From Torpedo marmorata (Eukaryota), in contig OZ360226.1 in the NCBI GenBank assembly GCA_977017645.1, forward strand, positions 40,486,001 through 40,550,000: a stretch of 64,000 nucleotides of DNA, given 5' to 3'. The number at the start of each line of letters is the position of its first letter. Position 1 is the first letter of the stretch. Position numbers and translations under genes: made by a program. The notes beneath the pieces are model-generated. The model searched no databases. It was not told the origin of the DNA and saw only the letters and a list, made by a program, of their open reading frames with translations. Shown here piece after piece: positions 50,785 through 64,000 of the stretch.

Positions 50785-51490
50785 TTTAAGTTAAAGTTTA
50801 TTATCATTCGATTGTACAAGTACAACCCGACGAAACAGCGTTCTCCGGTCCTCGGTGCATAAACATGCAAACACACATCCAGACATAACACACGTACAGA
50901 CAAACAATACATATGCAGTCCGTATATGCATATATAAAAATCAATAAATATTGTTTAATAAATTGTAGAGTCTCAGAGGGTTTGTATGAGCAGTTCATTT
51001 CAGTCATTCAGCATTCTCACTGCCCGTGGGAAGAAGCTGTTTCTCAGCCTGGTGGTGCCGGCTCTGCTATTCCTGTAACTCTTTCCCGATGGGAGCAGCT
51101 GAAAGATGCTCTGTGCGGGGCGGTAGGGGTCTTCAACGATTTTGTGAGCTCTCTTCAAACAACGATCCCAGTAGATCACATCTATGGAGGGAGGGAGACC
51201 CCAGTGTTCCTCTGCTGCACTTATAGTCCTGTGGATTGACTTCCGATCCAATGCTCTACAGCAACCGTACCACACTGTGATGCAGCCGGCCAGGATGCTC
51301 TCGATAGAGCTCCTGTAGAAAGTTGACAGGATAGTGGCCGGTAGCCTTGCCGGCCTCGGTCTTTTCAGGAAGTGGAGTCATTATTGCGCTGTCCTGACAT
51401 GTGAGGAGATGTTGTGTGACCAGGATAAGTCACTTCTTCAGTGGACTTCAAGAAACTTGGTGTTCTCCATTCTCTCCACTTCTGAGCTGT
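50785..51490 (-). mobile_element. Rex1/Babar LINE 3' fragment
   Basis: IVEDPYRPAQSIFQLLPSGKSYR..RLRNSFFPRAVRMLN. Same family as 2545-3101. Confidence 0.85.
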
Positions 51491-51512
51491 TAATTTAACA
51501 GCTGCTTGCTTC

Positions 51513-51730
51513 GGGTAGCAGAGTGGTGCATCTGGTACAACTGTTGCTTCTCAGCTCCAGAGACCGGGGTCATTCCTGGCCTCCGGTGTGGTGGAGTTTG
51601 CATGTTCTCCTTGTGACCATGTGGGTTCCTTCTGGGTGCTCAGGCTTCCTCCAAATATGTACGGGTTGGCAGATTGACCGGCCCCTGGCTGGAGGTGTGT
51701 GTGGAGTTGATGGACAGGTATGAGAGAATA
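51513..51730 (+). mobile_element. V-SINE (HE1-like)
   Basis: V-domain TGTGGTGGAGTTTGCATGTTCTCCTTGTGACCATGTGGGTT. Confidence 0.7.
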
Positions 51731-52194
51731 AAGTTACAGCCATGGGTGCCACATTGTGGACATCTCAGTGCTCTGCATTGCTCAAGAAAGTTTGCTTCAG
51801 AAGAAATAATTTCATGAAGGTCACCCGTTCAAAAAACGTACCGGGGGTGTAGGTTAATTGGGCGGCACGGACTTGTGGGCCGAAATGCCTGTTACCGTGC
51901 TGTATGTCTTTTTAAAAAAAAAAAAGTACTTGGCCAATCAGAGATATTCCCTCTGTCCTATCCATCCCTCTGCCAGCTGCTCTGCCATATAAAGTTTGAG
52001 TATCTAAGGTTTTGCTGCTTGGCTGCTGGCAAAATATTGCCACTCTCCAGAGACATCAAACAGATATCAGGGTCTTGAACTTCCCAGCACTGTCCTAACC
52101 TTAACATTACTTCAAGACGACCCAAGATCTGTCTGCACTACTGACAGCACATTTTCTGCAGTATTATTTATTCCCAATTGTTCACCTGCCTTAT

Positions 52195-52350
52195 CTGCCT
52201 ATTTATCTGTTTAGTTGTGTCTGTCTGTCTATCTATCTATTCATCTATCTATCTCTCTATCATTACCTATCTATATCTATCTCTCTATCTCTGTCTATCT
52301 ATCCATCTATTTATTTGTTTGTTTATTTATGTGTTATTTATTTATTTACC
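52195..52350. repeat. Imperfect (TCTA)n/(TTTA)n microsatellite
   Basis: Tetranucleotide repeats are visible directly. Confidence 0.85.
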
Positions 52351-53769
52351 TCATCCTTACTTTTTTTTTCCTTCTTGTGAGCTGTGTGCATTACGTACCT
52401 GGGAAACAGAAGCATGTAAGGCTTCCATTGCATTTGTACATTGCACTAAAATATATGACAATAAACATCATTCATTCATTTACCTAAAAGTAATTTATCT
52501 TTTCTCTTTCTCTGACCTAAACATCAACTACTTTTGTTTCTACAGATGCTGCCTGACTTGCTGAGCGTTGTCATCATAATTTTACCATTAGTGGGTTTTA
52601 ACACTGTTATTTGAATTCGTGTTGGCATTAGGTAAAAGATACTGTCTCCTTGACTTGAATGGAAGTGACCTGACCACTAATCACTGCTACAATCGCAGTG
52701 GAACTCACAATCCCATTTTTAATTGCTTTAGTAAAATGATTTGGTTTGCATTTTGTAATCTAAGCCATTCCTCATGCCTTAAATTTCCCAATCCCTCATT
52801 CCCAGGCTTGTCTTTCATGTGGTTATGCTTTTGGATAATGGCAGAAATAACACTCTTGATCAGCCATTCTCAATGGGGACCTACAGTCACATACCATTTA
52901 AGTAAAAGCCTTGTTTTCTTTCCACCTCAAGTAACATAAATACTTTTTAAATGTTTTTTTTTAATGTGGTCGGTAGTATGGAAGAAACCAAAACTTGACT
53001 GCTTCACAGGAAAGGGGGCCTATAAACTTTGAGCAGAGTCCTAGGAGGGCCATAGCTGAAAATAGGTTGAGAATCGCTGCATTAACTCTCTTTCCACTGT
53101 AGTTATTGAAATATATGGAATGGCTAATTTGAAAATATGATCTTTGACTTTTAGGGTGTATTTCCAAATAATGAGGAAAAAACAAAAATTGGTTTTGGAC
53201 GAGATTGTTGTCGCTTTTTCCCAGTTACAAGGGTTTTCGATCTGAAATATTCTCCGATTTCTTTCCACAAATGGTTTCTGACCTGCTGAGTGCTTCAGGC
53301 ACTTCCTATTTTTAAATGCAATTAATTTTAAAAACTCGTAACATGGTAGGATCCCAGTTGTCCCAATGATTTGATCCTGTTTTTTTCAGAAAGTTGTCAT
53401 GCTTGGTCCTAAATTTCTTTTTGTCTGTACATTGTTATCCTTGTGCTGTCTGATCTTCCTTTGGACTGCTAAGGCACAAAATGTTGGAAACGCTCAGCAG
53501 GTCAGGCAGCATCTGTGGAAGGAGAACCGGAGTTTAGTTTCAGGTCGAAAAGATTTAATCAGAACCAGAGAGAAAACAAGTTCATTTGATGTTGCGGAGA
53601 GGGTTGGGGAGGGATGGATGGTGAAGAGGGAATATGTCCGATAAGGTAAGGACAGAGATTTCCAAGAGATTCCAGTGGTTTGTTTTCCTGCTTACCTAGT
53701 CCCAATGAAGGATCATTGAAATGCTTCTCTTTGACCAGCTGAGGGTTTCCAACTTTCTTATTTTTTTCT

Positions 53770-54785
53770 TCAATGTATTAAACAATACACTTTTTGTTTA
53801 TTATCAAATTAGAGCATTTTTAGTTGAAAGGTTGGGCTATAGTTTGACTTTACCAAGACAAAGTGAACTGGAATTATTAGTTACTAATGAAGGTGTAAAT
53901 AAATTTATTTCTCAAATGTATAGATTGTTATAGAGAAAAATGCCTAAATTAGGAATCCATAAATCAAGATTAAAATGGGAATCAGATCTGAATGTAACAA
54001 TAGATGAAGAACATTGGAAATAATTATGTAAACAAAGTATGACGAAGATTATTAACGTTAGATATAGACTAGTGCAATATAATTTTTTTCATCAATTATA
54101 TTTAACACCTAAAAAATTTAAGAAATTTAATCTGACATTATCTGGTTTATGTTTTAGATGTAATAGAGAGGAAGGTTCTTTTGTATACTCTACATGGCTT
54201 TGTCCAAAGATATATGATTTTTGGTTGAAAGTTAAAAAGTTTTTGGACAAAGTATTAAGAATTACACTCCCAATGGATCCTATGATATTTTTGTATTAAG
54301 ATGAAATTAAATATGTATCAAATAGAATTTTTGCGAATTGCTTTAGCTGTTTCTAAGAAATGCATTGCTATTACATGGAAGTCTGATGTAGATTTAGGGT
54401 TAGAAAGATGGCATGCAGAACTTCGTTCAGCTATACCACTTGAAAAAATTACTTATAATTTACGTAATAAATATCATTTCTTTTTGGAAAATATGGAGCC
54501 CATATATAAAAACTGTTGGTTTAAGGATTTGAAGATCTCTGGATATCAGATCTGACTGGCGATCCTATCTTCCACAATAAAATCAGTTTATAGTTGTTCT
54601 TTTTGAGATTGACATTCTCCTTACTTTATCTTTTTCTATCTTTCTTTCTTTCTTTTCTATTTTAGTAGATTAGTAGGGGTGGGAGGGTTAGGGAGGGGAG
54701 GGAGGGAGGGGGGTGAAAATGTATCACATGTATTTTGATAATTTTTAATGATTTAAAATTTAAAAAAAAAATAATTTAAAAAAAG
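53770..54785 (+). mobile_element. L1 3' fragment, same family as 39479-42607
   Basis: MTKIINVRYRLVQYNFFHQLYLTPKK..CFRC, a G-rich 3'UTR and an A-rich tail. Confidence 0.9.
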
Positions 54786-56929
54786 AATTCTAACATCTGC
54801 AGTTTCTGATTTTTCTTCTGATAATTTATGGAATCAATTTGTGTTTATAACCAGATGTCGGATCTGTCCCAATCCACTTATTATTGAATGCTTCTGTCTC
54901 ATCTCCTTTAAGCATTCTATCCGTTAGAGGCCGTTGATGCTCATTGTAAGGTTCTGATGTAAACCAGCAGAAGCTTTGTTGGCTTTGGGAGACAAATATG
55001 AAAGCTTTGTATTGAGTTGATTTAGAGAAAATTTACAATCTTTGGAGCAAGGCTTCTATTTGATTTACAGTCAAATCCACTCAAAGGCTTATGATGATCT
55101 CTTTTACCATCCTCGTTTTTATTTTAACAGAGAAAGGTATGTAACAGTATAGAGCCAAAGCAGACTGACAGCATTAAATGCAGATCAGCCAAGGTCTAAT
55201 TGAATTACAGAGCAAGCTGAAGAGTCTGTCTCTGTTTCTACATTCTCATAAGTATAAAGCATTTACATTGGAAGTACCAATGGAATCAGAATCCAAGACA
55301 GCTGTCATATTTTTGATAGGATTAAACAACTGCTAGTGAACAAGGTTGCATTTTGCACACTTTATACACAAGATGAAATTGACTTTCAGTTTACCTGTCA
55401 TTTTATTGGTGTGTAAGCTTTCACAGTGATTTGTACATCTGAGAAGTAAAGCTGGTGAAGAGGCTTTAGAGGAGATTCACTCGGAGTATATCAGTGATGT
55501 AGGACCTCTGTTCTGTGGGGAAAGGAAGAAAGGCTTGCAATTATGTATTATCTATCTCATCTCTTTGAGAATATGTCAAAGTGCCTGATTGTCAATTAAT
55601 TTATTTGAAGAGTAATCACAGTTGTACTGTAGCAAGCACAAATAAATGTAATTGTGTTGGTCCTGGGATAGCCCACTATGTTTGTGCTGCTTGGAAAACC
55701 CAGCCTAAACCCACCTTCAAGCACTTGATCCAAGGCCAAAAGGGTCATGGCTTTTAAAGTACTATTTGAAGGGGATAAAGTCTCTGTTTCCAGCACCCTT
55801 CTCAGCAGTGAATTCCAGAACACCACTACCTTCTGGGTGAAAAAAAAAACTTTTCCTCATTTGCTGATATTCTACCTCCTGATTAATTAAATATCAGCTA
55901 TGGTACTTTGTTAACTGCCTATGGGGAATATTTGTGTCCTGTGGGGAACAGAAAGGCCCAAAACCCTTCAGGGTACTTTACATATAGTTGAAACACCCTT
56001 CATGGCAAACAACATGATTTTTTTTTGCAATGCCATGTAGCACTTGCTATTCAGAAGAAATAATTTGTTCATTTATAGCTTTGAAAAGGCTCCACAAAGT
56101 CCTGAATATAGGAATGTAAAATTGATCCATTGCCAGTTCAAGGCTCACTTTCTCATTGCTAGATTTCTCATTATACCTGTTCTCAACTAGCCAGACAAAG
56201 TTAGAGCTGATTGTTTTAATACTCCCTTTTTGAATTCACCATATCTTACTCAAGTGCTTACATTCAACATGCACTGCAAGTTCACTTATTAGCAAGTTTA
56301 AAAATTATGTAGTTTTTTTTCGTAATTATAGGTTGCCATGGTGCCACACTAGAAAAGGAGAATAGTTCAAATTCTAAAATAAATCACACAAAGAAACTCA
56401 ATCTGAATTAAAATAAAGGCCATCATCTTAAAGTGGTGAATCCGCTTCTTGTTTTACTTGATGGACCTATTGAACATTATTGTTACAGTAATTGTGTGCA
56501 CAAGCAATTGCTAATTTGGATAAAAGCCACATTTTGTGTTACCAAACAAGGATTAATAGATAAGCATGTTAATGAGGAATACTCACATGGCTCTAAATTG
56601 TTCAGGATGGAATTTTTAGTTCCTGGTATTCTTGCACTGTTATTATAATGGGTTCAATCTTGTTTGTGGTTTATATTTTCTGGCTACATTGCATTCATGC
56701 AATTGAAGCCAAGTTGTCCCAGTGATTCCATTGGTGCAGTTTTACCTTTTTCTTTGTGTGACAGAATTGTGAACCCTGTTTTGTTATGACTTCACCCTAA
56801 GTAGTAGAGGAAACCATTCTCTTTTCTGACTGTACATGTTCCCGCCCCCCCCACAAACATTTAATACTCATGATGGTCCATCATTCTGTTCAACCATGGT
56901 TGAGTTCTATAGTATATCTACAATACCTA

Positions 56930-57360
56930 TTTGCCTAGATTGGAGGACATCTTTTCCGAGGAGAGACTGAATAGACTGGGTGTGTTCACCTTGGAGCGAG
57001 GGAGGTTGAGGGGTGACCTGAAATTACAAGTGGCAGACATAGAGTAGAGAGTCAAATTTTCTTTCCCGTGGTGGGATTGTGAAAAACAAGAGGTCATATG
57101 TTTAAGGTGAGAGGGGAGAGGTTTTGTGGAGATCTGAGAGGAATGTTTCTCACAGAGAGTGGTTGGTATCAGGGACACACTGCCAGAGGAGGTGGTGGAA
57201 TCATACACAATTACTATGTTTAACAGGCATTTGAAAAGGCAAGAGTGACGTGACGGATCAGACATAATGCAGGCAAATGGGATTAGTGTAGATCAGCAGT
57301 GCAGCCAGCATGAATGTGATGGCTGAAGGGCCAATTTCTATCCTGTGCAACTCCAGCACT
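56930..57360 (+). mobile_element. CR1 LINE 3' fragment
   Basis: Encodes ERLNRLGVFTLERGRLRGDL, the C-terminal CR1 ORF2 motif, followed by a CR1-type tail. Confidence 0.75.
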
Positions 57361-59299
57361 TTAAAAATCTATTTACCTTCTCCCCTATCCCTTGATACGT
57401 TAGCTTAGAAAAAAATTTGATTAGTTTTGATCCATCATCCACAACTTTTTGCGAAGATCATTCTAAATGTCCTCTGGGCCTTTTCTGGGGAATAGTTTCA
57501 GAATTTAATGGGGCAACTGGCACTGGATTTCCTCACTAGAGCCAATGATGTCCATGTGTCTGCCCTCAAATCATACGAAAACACATTGAATTAAATCACA
57601 CGTTCACCATTTATACTCAATACTTCCTTCATGAGGTGTATTCCCTAAAATAGGATCCAATGTTCTCATCGAGGTCAGACTAAAGCATTGTATGGCCAAA
57701 GCATAACTTCTTCTCCCTTGTCCTGCAGCTCACTTGAGCTGGGTGTCCACACACTGTGGTAAAGCCTTGTATTCACAGGCACAGTTTAGGACTTCCCAAT
57801 GTGCTTTATTGCCAAGTACATCCTTTTTGAAATGCAGACACTTTCCAAAGTCCATTGAAGATGAAATGGACACACCAACCAAGTTACACAGCAAGTTCAA
57901 AAAAAGAACAATGTAATAAGGATCAACTTTGTTTCTGGTGGCGATGGTTGGCCAGGAAATTGGCATTTTGTTTGGGTTTTGGCAATTTTTTATCTTTTTA
58001 TATCCAAACTGATTGGATATAAACCCAGAATATCAAAGGTTGTGGGGAGAAGGCAGGACAGTGGGGCTGGGTGGGAAAATGGATCAGATCATGATTAAAT
58101 GGCCAGGCAGACTCATTGTGCTGAATAGGCTATTTCTGCTCCTTTGTCTTATGATCTTATGATTGACCCAGTTTATTGCATTGGACTCCATCTGCCTTAG
58201 TTTTCCTGTGCACTTTATGTCAAAAGCATTTTATAGGACCCACAAGAAATAGTCTGCCTTCTAAGGGTGTCATGTGCCATCATTTTACGTTGCTGTTGTG
58301 CAGGACATAAATCTCTTTAAAATAAACAAGTGACGATGACCAGATAGTTTGTTTTGCAATGTCAGTGGAGGTATAAGTGTCGGCCAGGGCCAATGGAGGC
58401 ATGACAGGGCGATGCTGAGATGTTTTCTTCAGCGGGAGTCTCAAAGGAGGAGGCAGATTTACAAGATAAGGGGTGTTCATTTAAAACTGAGGTGCTTTGG
58501 AATTTTTTGAAAGTTCAGGGAATTGAGGCCTATGGGATACTGAAGAGGCCTGTGACAGATCAGACATGATCAGATTAAATGGCTGGATAGGCTTAAAAGC
58601 TCAGGTGACCACATGCTAATATTGCATTCCTTTCCATTTTAAATGTGCCAATGGATTGCTGAAATGATGTCACTTCTGACAGTGCAGCTTTTCTTCAGCA
58701 AGTGATTGACACTGCAGACCAATCTCCCTCTTGTAGGAGTGCATATCCATGTCAGTCCTGTAACCCATGCAGAGGTTGCAGGTGAATCTTTTGGAGCACA
58801 GAAACAGGCCCTTCACCACTGAGTTCACAGAGACAATTAACCACCATTCACAACAGTCCTCCACTTGTCCCTTTTTTGTTTTATTCTTCCCACATTTTAT
58901 TCCAATTGCAAATACTACACAGCTGGTTTGATCTGTTGTTCCTGCTTATCAAAACAAAGACGAAGTTACAAATGAAATAGAAGAGGAAGCATAATAATTG
59001 CAGAACATTCATAAAACATATCTACCACTTTCCTTTTGCTCACCAGCAAGTGAGAATGGTAATTACTGTACCTTTGACATTCACACATGGAAATCTTAGT
59101 CATAAATGCAGTTAAAGATGGCAGCATTTCAATAGAAACAGATTTGCTTCAATGCTGTCACAGTTTTAATCTGGGTAATCGGTTAACAGATTGCACATAA
59201 TAAGGTCATTTCACCAATGCTGCATTCCTGGAGAACAGATTGGTCAAACACAGCCATAGAGATGTGCATGTGTTTCCATTTTTTGTAACATATTAGCCT

Positions 59300-59645
59300 C
59301 CTGTCCCTGAAATAGAAGGTTGTGACTTCAAGGCCTGCTCCTGAGTCTTGAACACAAGATCTGAATTGACTCTGTGGAAGTGCTGTACTGTCCAAGACAT
59401 GGAACATTAAACCCAGCCCCATCTGCTCCCAAGGTACTCATTTTGATGTGGAGAGTGGGATGTGCGTTATCCTTTCTTTCCTGGCTAATGCTTACCCGTC
59501 AAGTGACATGAGTAAAGCAAATTATCTGGTCATTATCACAGTGATATTTGCAATTTGGCTGCCATTTTTGCAGCTGCGACTATACTTCAGAACCACTTAC
59601 ATTGAGTGTAAACCATTTTGGGACCCCCTGAGATCATAAAGGTTT
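59300..59645 (+). mobile_element. Deu-domain SINE (SacSINE1/AmnSINE-like)
   Basis: Deu core CCTGGCTAAT...ATTATCTGGTCATTATCACA...AATTTGGCTGCC...GACTATACTTCA. Confidence 0.65.
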
Positions 59646-59767
59646 CCAATCACATAGAATCTTTTAGTTTGGTTGTGTGAGGTTTCTGTAGGGTTTTTGA
59701 AGATTATTCATGAATTATCTGCTCAAGTTACTGCAGGAGAGTGTGAGGTGGCAGTTTCTGTTCAGTA

Positions 59768-60569
59768 CAGGTAGTCCTCAACTTACGACCTACACGAGTT
59801 ACGTCCACCCGCACATAAGACCGACATTTTTTTTGTATTAAAAGTACTGTATATATGTTGAGGTTCTTTATTACAGTATTTACTTGAAGTTCATAAAAAT
59901 TGCATCGCGAAAAAAGCGGGGTCGCGCTAAATCGGGCTTTCAATAAAGCGTTGTTACAGTTGAAATTAAAACACAAATTAATTTTTATTAAACCAGAAAT
60001 GGCAATTTCGCCGGTAGGAGCGGCTGCTCAATGCGGGATCAATGGCCGTCTTCGTTACCCATAATCCCCCACGCAGCTGGAACCGCTCTGCCAGTGCCAG
60101 TGCCAGGGAAATGCAGAGCGGTTCCAGCTGCGTGGGGGATTATGGGTAACGAAGACATGTTCAGGGCGTCGGGAGCTCGGGTGGATGGGCGGCCCAGGCA
60201 AGGATCCGCAGTTGGGGGCGTTGGGAGCTCCGCTGGGCGGGTGGTCGAGGCGTCGGGAGCTCACATGAGTGGGCGGTTGGGGCCAAAAATAGGGGGCGGG
60301 GGTGAAAGGTATTCGTTTATGGATCACTGATGGTTGAAATGGAGAAAGGAAGAGTTGTTCAATAAGGATGGGTTTCCCCTTGAATTAGCTAGGACCAGAA
60401 TCCAAGTAAATACAACGACTAGAGCTGGAAACAAGGCTTTAAATTGAAAATAATGTTGATGGTGGTGGTAGTGGGTGGGGGTGGTGGCAGGATGAATCCG
60501 ATTTACGACCAATCCGAGTTACAACCACTCCTTTGGTCCCAATTACGGTCGTAAGTCGAGGACTACCTG
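59768..60569. mobile_element. Tc1/mariner-superfamily (Tigger/pogo-like) non-autonomous element, 802 bp
   Basis: 23-bp TIRs CAGGTAGTCCTC(A/G)ACTTACGACC with one mismatch, TA TSD on both sides, no transposase. Confidence 0.9.
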
Positions 60570-61448
60570 TACATTAATCCTCCCCATGAGCCTCACATGC
60601 TTGGTTATAGGGGCTGCTCCAGCTGTGCCCCTGCAGAGAGAATGCCTGTTGATTTTGCCTGTGTGCAACTTACAGAACAGAGGGTTCCATGCAGACACTC
60701 AGTACGGGTGTTTCTGCTGCTCACTGAAATCCTTCTATCCCACTGCACATCACACCCCTCTGCCTCTCTTCCTCCCTTTTGTGTCCATCTCACTTTACAT
60801 TTTGTAAAATATTCTATTTTTAAGTCATCCAGAAACGGCAATTATTAAGGAAAAACACTTTATTAAATACAGACTTCCCTAGCCTTAAAACCAATGTTAG
60901 AAAAACATGTTTACAGAAAGCAGACTTCCAGATAGCTAAATTAGCATTTAAACGAACCATTCAAAGCCACTTCCTCAATGCGCATTGTTCAACAGGTTTA
61001 CAGAAGCGTTAACAGTTTAAGCGATCTGACAGAACCTGTTCCCATTTGATTAACGGCTGACCGATCTATCAAGATTACTACAGAAGGCATAGACTTCGCA
61101 TCGCAGTATCAAGCTATGTCTTTCTCTTTGAACCTAAGCAAAAGTTTCCTTTCCTTTGCGTGTCTTAAAGATTCATGATTAGCATTTGATAATTAAAACT
61201 TAAACCAAAGACACGGATGTTCCCTCAACTGTTTTAAGACACAAAACTTAAACAGAATTAACTGATAATGTGGGTAACCGTTTGATGTCAGTGATTGACA
61301 TTTCTTAAGAGAGAACAACAATGATTGGTGTTAGCAAGGAACTGTAACAATGTACTTCAAATGAATTCAAAGAGATATGCTTATCAACTTGTAAGAGATA
61401 TGCTGCCAAAAAATGACATAAATACTGTGCCATTTCACTGTGATCTTT

Positions 61449-62144
61449 TTTTAAATATTTGATTTAAAATTTTAAATCACAAAATACATAAGGTAAAATA
61501 TAAAATTATCAAAATACTTGTGATACATTTTCACCCCCCCTCTCCCACCCTCCCCTCCCTAACCCTCCCATCCCTACTAATCTAATAAAATAAAATAAAA
61601 TAAAAAGAAAGAAAAAGATAGAGTAAGGAGAATGTCAATCTAAAAAATAAAATAAATCTATAAACTAATTCTATTATGGAGGATAGGTTCGCCAGTAGAT
61701 CCGATGTCCAGAGATCTTCAAATCCTTAAACCGGCAGCTTTCATATATGGGCTCCAAATTTTGAAAAAGAAATGATACTTATTACGTAAATTATAAGAAA
61801 TTTTTTCAAGTGGTATGCATGAACGAAGTTCTGCATGCCATCTTTCTAACCGTAAATCTACATCAGATTTCCATGTAATAGCAATGCATTTCTTAGAAAC
61901 AGCAAAAGCAATTCGCAAAAATTCTATTTGATACATATTTAATTTAATCTTAATACTAACTTTTTTGATATCTCCAAACAAAAATATCATAGGATCCATT
62001 GGAAATGTGATCTTTAATACTTTATCTAAAAAAATTTTAACTTTCAACCAAAAATCATAAACTTTTGGACAAAACCATGTAGAATGTACGAAAGAACCTT
62101 CCTCTTTATTACATCTAAAACATAAACCTGATAATGTCGGATTG
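61449..62144 (-). mobile_element. 5'-truncated L1, same family as 39479-42607
   Basis: ORF2 C-terminus (ERWHAELRSCIPLEKI). Perfect 17-bp TSD ATTTCACTGTGATCTTT (61432-61448; 62145-62161). Confidence 0.92.
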
Positions 62145-62889
62145 ATTTCACTGTGATCTTTGAGTGAGATTCGATATTGACTAAGGTGACATTTATGTTT
62201 TTTACATAGAACTTACGTGATTTTTCCATTCTGAAGTGTCTCCCTACCTTCCGGGAGTGGCCGTTCACACAGGAACGACCAAAACTCCAAATATCCCTAT
62301 CACATCGCGAGTTTAGACAGAATACCTGAAGTGCGATATTTAAGGAGGCTGGACGTCCTATTCGTTAGCCCGTTGTTCATGGATCGCCTGCAGTTCAGTT
62401 TAGACTGCAGCCGATCTGTGAAAATAACTAGGGGTCGAGGAGGTAAAATTTTGGAACGGGAATGAGTCCCTTATTCCTGTTACAATCTTTTTACACAAAC
62501 TGCGTTCCGGGAATTTGGGAATAATTTCCTGGAACGCAGCGGCTGTGTAAAAAAACATAATTGTCTACCTGAACTTAATACTCCCGCCAGTGTAATTGAA
62601 TAAATCTGTGTTGTATACCCTATGATCCTGTTGTGTGTTTTTCCATCTTGACAGCGCAGACTATCACAATTTCATCTGAATCACCACTTGTGATAGCGAG
62701 TGCCACATTCTCAACAGTCTGTGCACAGAAGGTTCGCCTGAATACTGTATACGGATTGGTCCCTTTTAACTTGGCCCTCAACTCTTGGATGCCACAGAAT
62801 TGAAAACTTCTTTCTATCACAACCTCCACGTCATAGATCACCTCTCTGCCTTCCTCTTTTTAAAAATCTTTTTACAACATGGTTGAAGC

Positions 62890-63102
62890 CGATTCTGATC
62901 ATTGAAACTCATGCCACCCAATTTCACCCAATTAACCTATAGCCCAGAGCGTTTTGGAGGGTGGGAGGAAACCAGAATACCCTGGGAAAACACACCCAGG
63001 TCACAGGGAGAACTAACAAACTCCTTACAGACAGTGCTGGATTCGAACCTGGGTTGCTGGCACTGTAATGGTATTGCACTAACTGCTATGCTAACTGTAC
63101 CA
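62890..63102 (-). mobile_element. V-SINE (HE1-like)
   Basis: B-box GGTTCGAATCC (minus strand, 63039-63049) followed by the V-domain. Confidence 0.75.
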
Positions 63103-63534
63103 CTCAAAGTATTTCTTATTTCTAACCTGCTTGTTTATTTCATTGGCATTTGCTCCGATGCTTCTGTGTAACTTTCAGATCAGAACTGCATACATCTGCT
63201 ACTTGTTAAGTTTAGGCTGTGATAATGGTGAACGGTGTCAATAGCAGCTACTGTTAGATTGATGAGCTGCCAACCATCCAGAAACAATTTAGTGCAAAAA
63301 GCCATCTCGTATCGAAAGGGGCAATCTAGATGTTAGTTGGTAGCAATGTCAGAACTTCTTTGGAATAACAGGTGGAGGAATTCACCAAAAGAAAAGTGGA
63401 AAATTTTGATTATATATTGAAGGGAGCAGAGGGTAGGAATTTAACTTTTAGTATCCTCTACATACATGATGTGGTTATTCATGTGCATTGTAGTTTGCTC
63501 TGAAAATTGATTCCATTGAAAATCATGCTAGTTA

Positions 63535-64000
63535 GGTTAGAAATAGGAGGATTATGTAGCTTAACATGCAGCTAAAGAGATGGTGCAGGAGGGAGGGCTT
63601 CAGGTTTCTGGATCACTGGAAAGGTGGGACCTGTTCCACGGAACGGTTTGTACATGAACTGGAGGGGGATTAATATCCTTGTGGGAAGGTTTGCTAATGC
63701 TGCTCCAGGGAGATTAAACTAGATTTGCAGGGGAATGGGAACCACAGTGCCAGAGTAGATAGGGTAGTGGAGGGGGTAAAAGATGAAGTGAAGATTGCAT
63801 GTAACATCAGAAGTCAAAAGGTTGTATGTGATGGCAATTTTCTCAAGTGCATCTATTTCAATGTAAGAAGTATTGTAGGGAAGGCAGATGAGGTTAGAGC
63901 GTGGACTGGTGCGTGGAATTATGACATTGTGGCCATTAGTGAAACTTGGTTGCAGGAGGGGCAGGACTGGCAGCTCAATGTTCCGGGCTTCCGTTGTTTT
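63535..64000 (+). mobile_element. CR1 LINE: end of esterase-type ORF1 and start of ORF2 APE endonuclease (runs off the window)
   Basis: WCRREGFRFLDHW, then LKCIYFNVRSIVGKADEVRAW..YDIVAISETWLQEGQDWQLNVPGFRCF to the window end. Confidence 0.85.

Noticed and set aside
52178-52564. Hydrophobic 128-aa and 90-aa ORFs
   Set aside because: Translations of a TCTA/TTTA microsatellite.
33659-62144. Antisense bias of intronic L1 insertions (3 of 4)
   Set aside because: Too few insertions to be meaningful.
63030-63102. tRNA gene suggested by the B-box GGTTCGAATCC
   Set aside because: It is followed by the V-SINE core and I cannot see a full cloverleaf, so it is a SINE head.
18941-64000. Downstream pcdh9 coding exons (CM1-CM3 motifs)
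   Set aside because: No ORF shows these motifs, consistent with a very large intron extending past the window. A very short exon could be missed.

Overview
Vertebrate nuclear DNA, most likely a cartilaginous fish (ray or shark, inferred from the repeat families). The only host gene is protocadherin-9 (pcdh9, + strand). Its CpG-rich promoter/5' region lies at about 13.3-15.8 kb. One ~3 kb coding exon follows (ATG 15827 to splice donor after 18853; signal peptide, 7 cadherin repeats, TM, start of the cytoplasmic tail). The frame reads through the donor to a stop at 18940. Everything after that is most likely the start of a very large intron. The rest of the window is transposon-derived. It includes AT-rich L1-clade LINEs with clear TSDs (one nearly intact), Rex1/Babar and CR1 LINE remnants, V-SINE and Deu-domain SINEs, and hAT and Tigger/pogo MITEs. 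It also holds a young Penelope-like element (RT plus C-terminal GIY-YIG) nested inside a MITE. The most interesting signals are: a minimal type I hammerhead ribozyme at the Penelope 3' end, a second copy in the opposite orientation, degenerate palindromic double-hammerhead repeats, and an apparently conserved read-through short isoform of PCDH9. I found nothing I can defend as a wholly new biological system. All family assignments come from motif recognition, not database searches.
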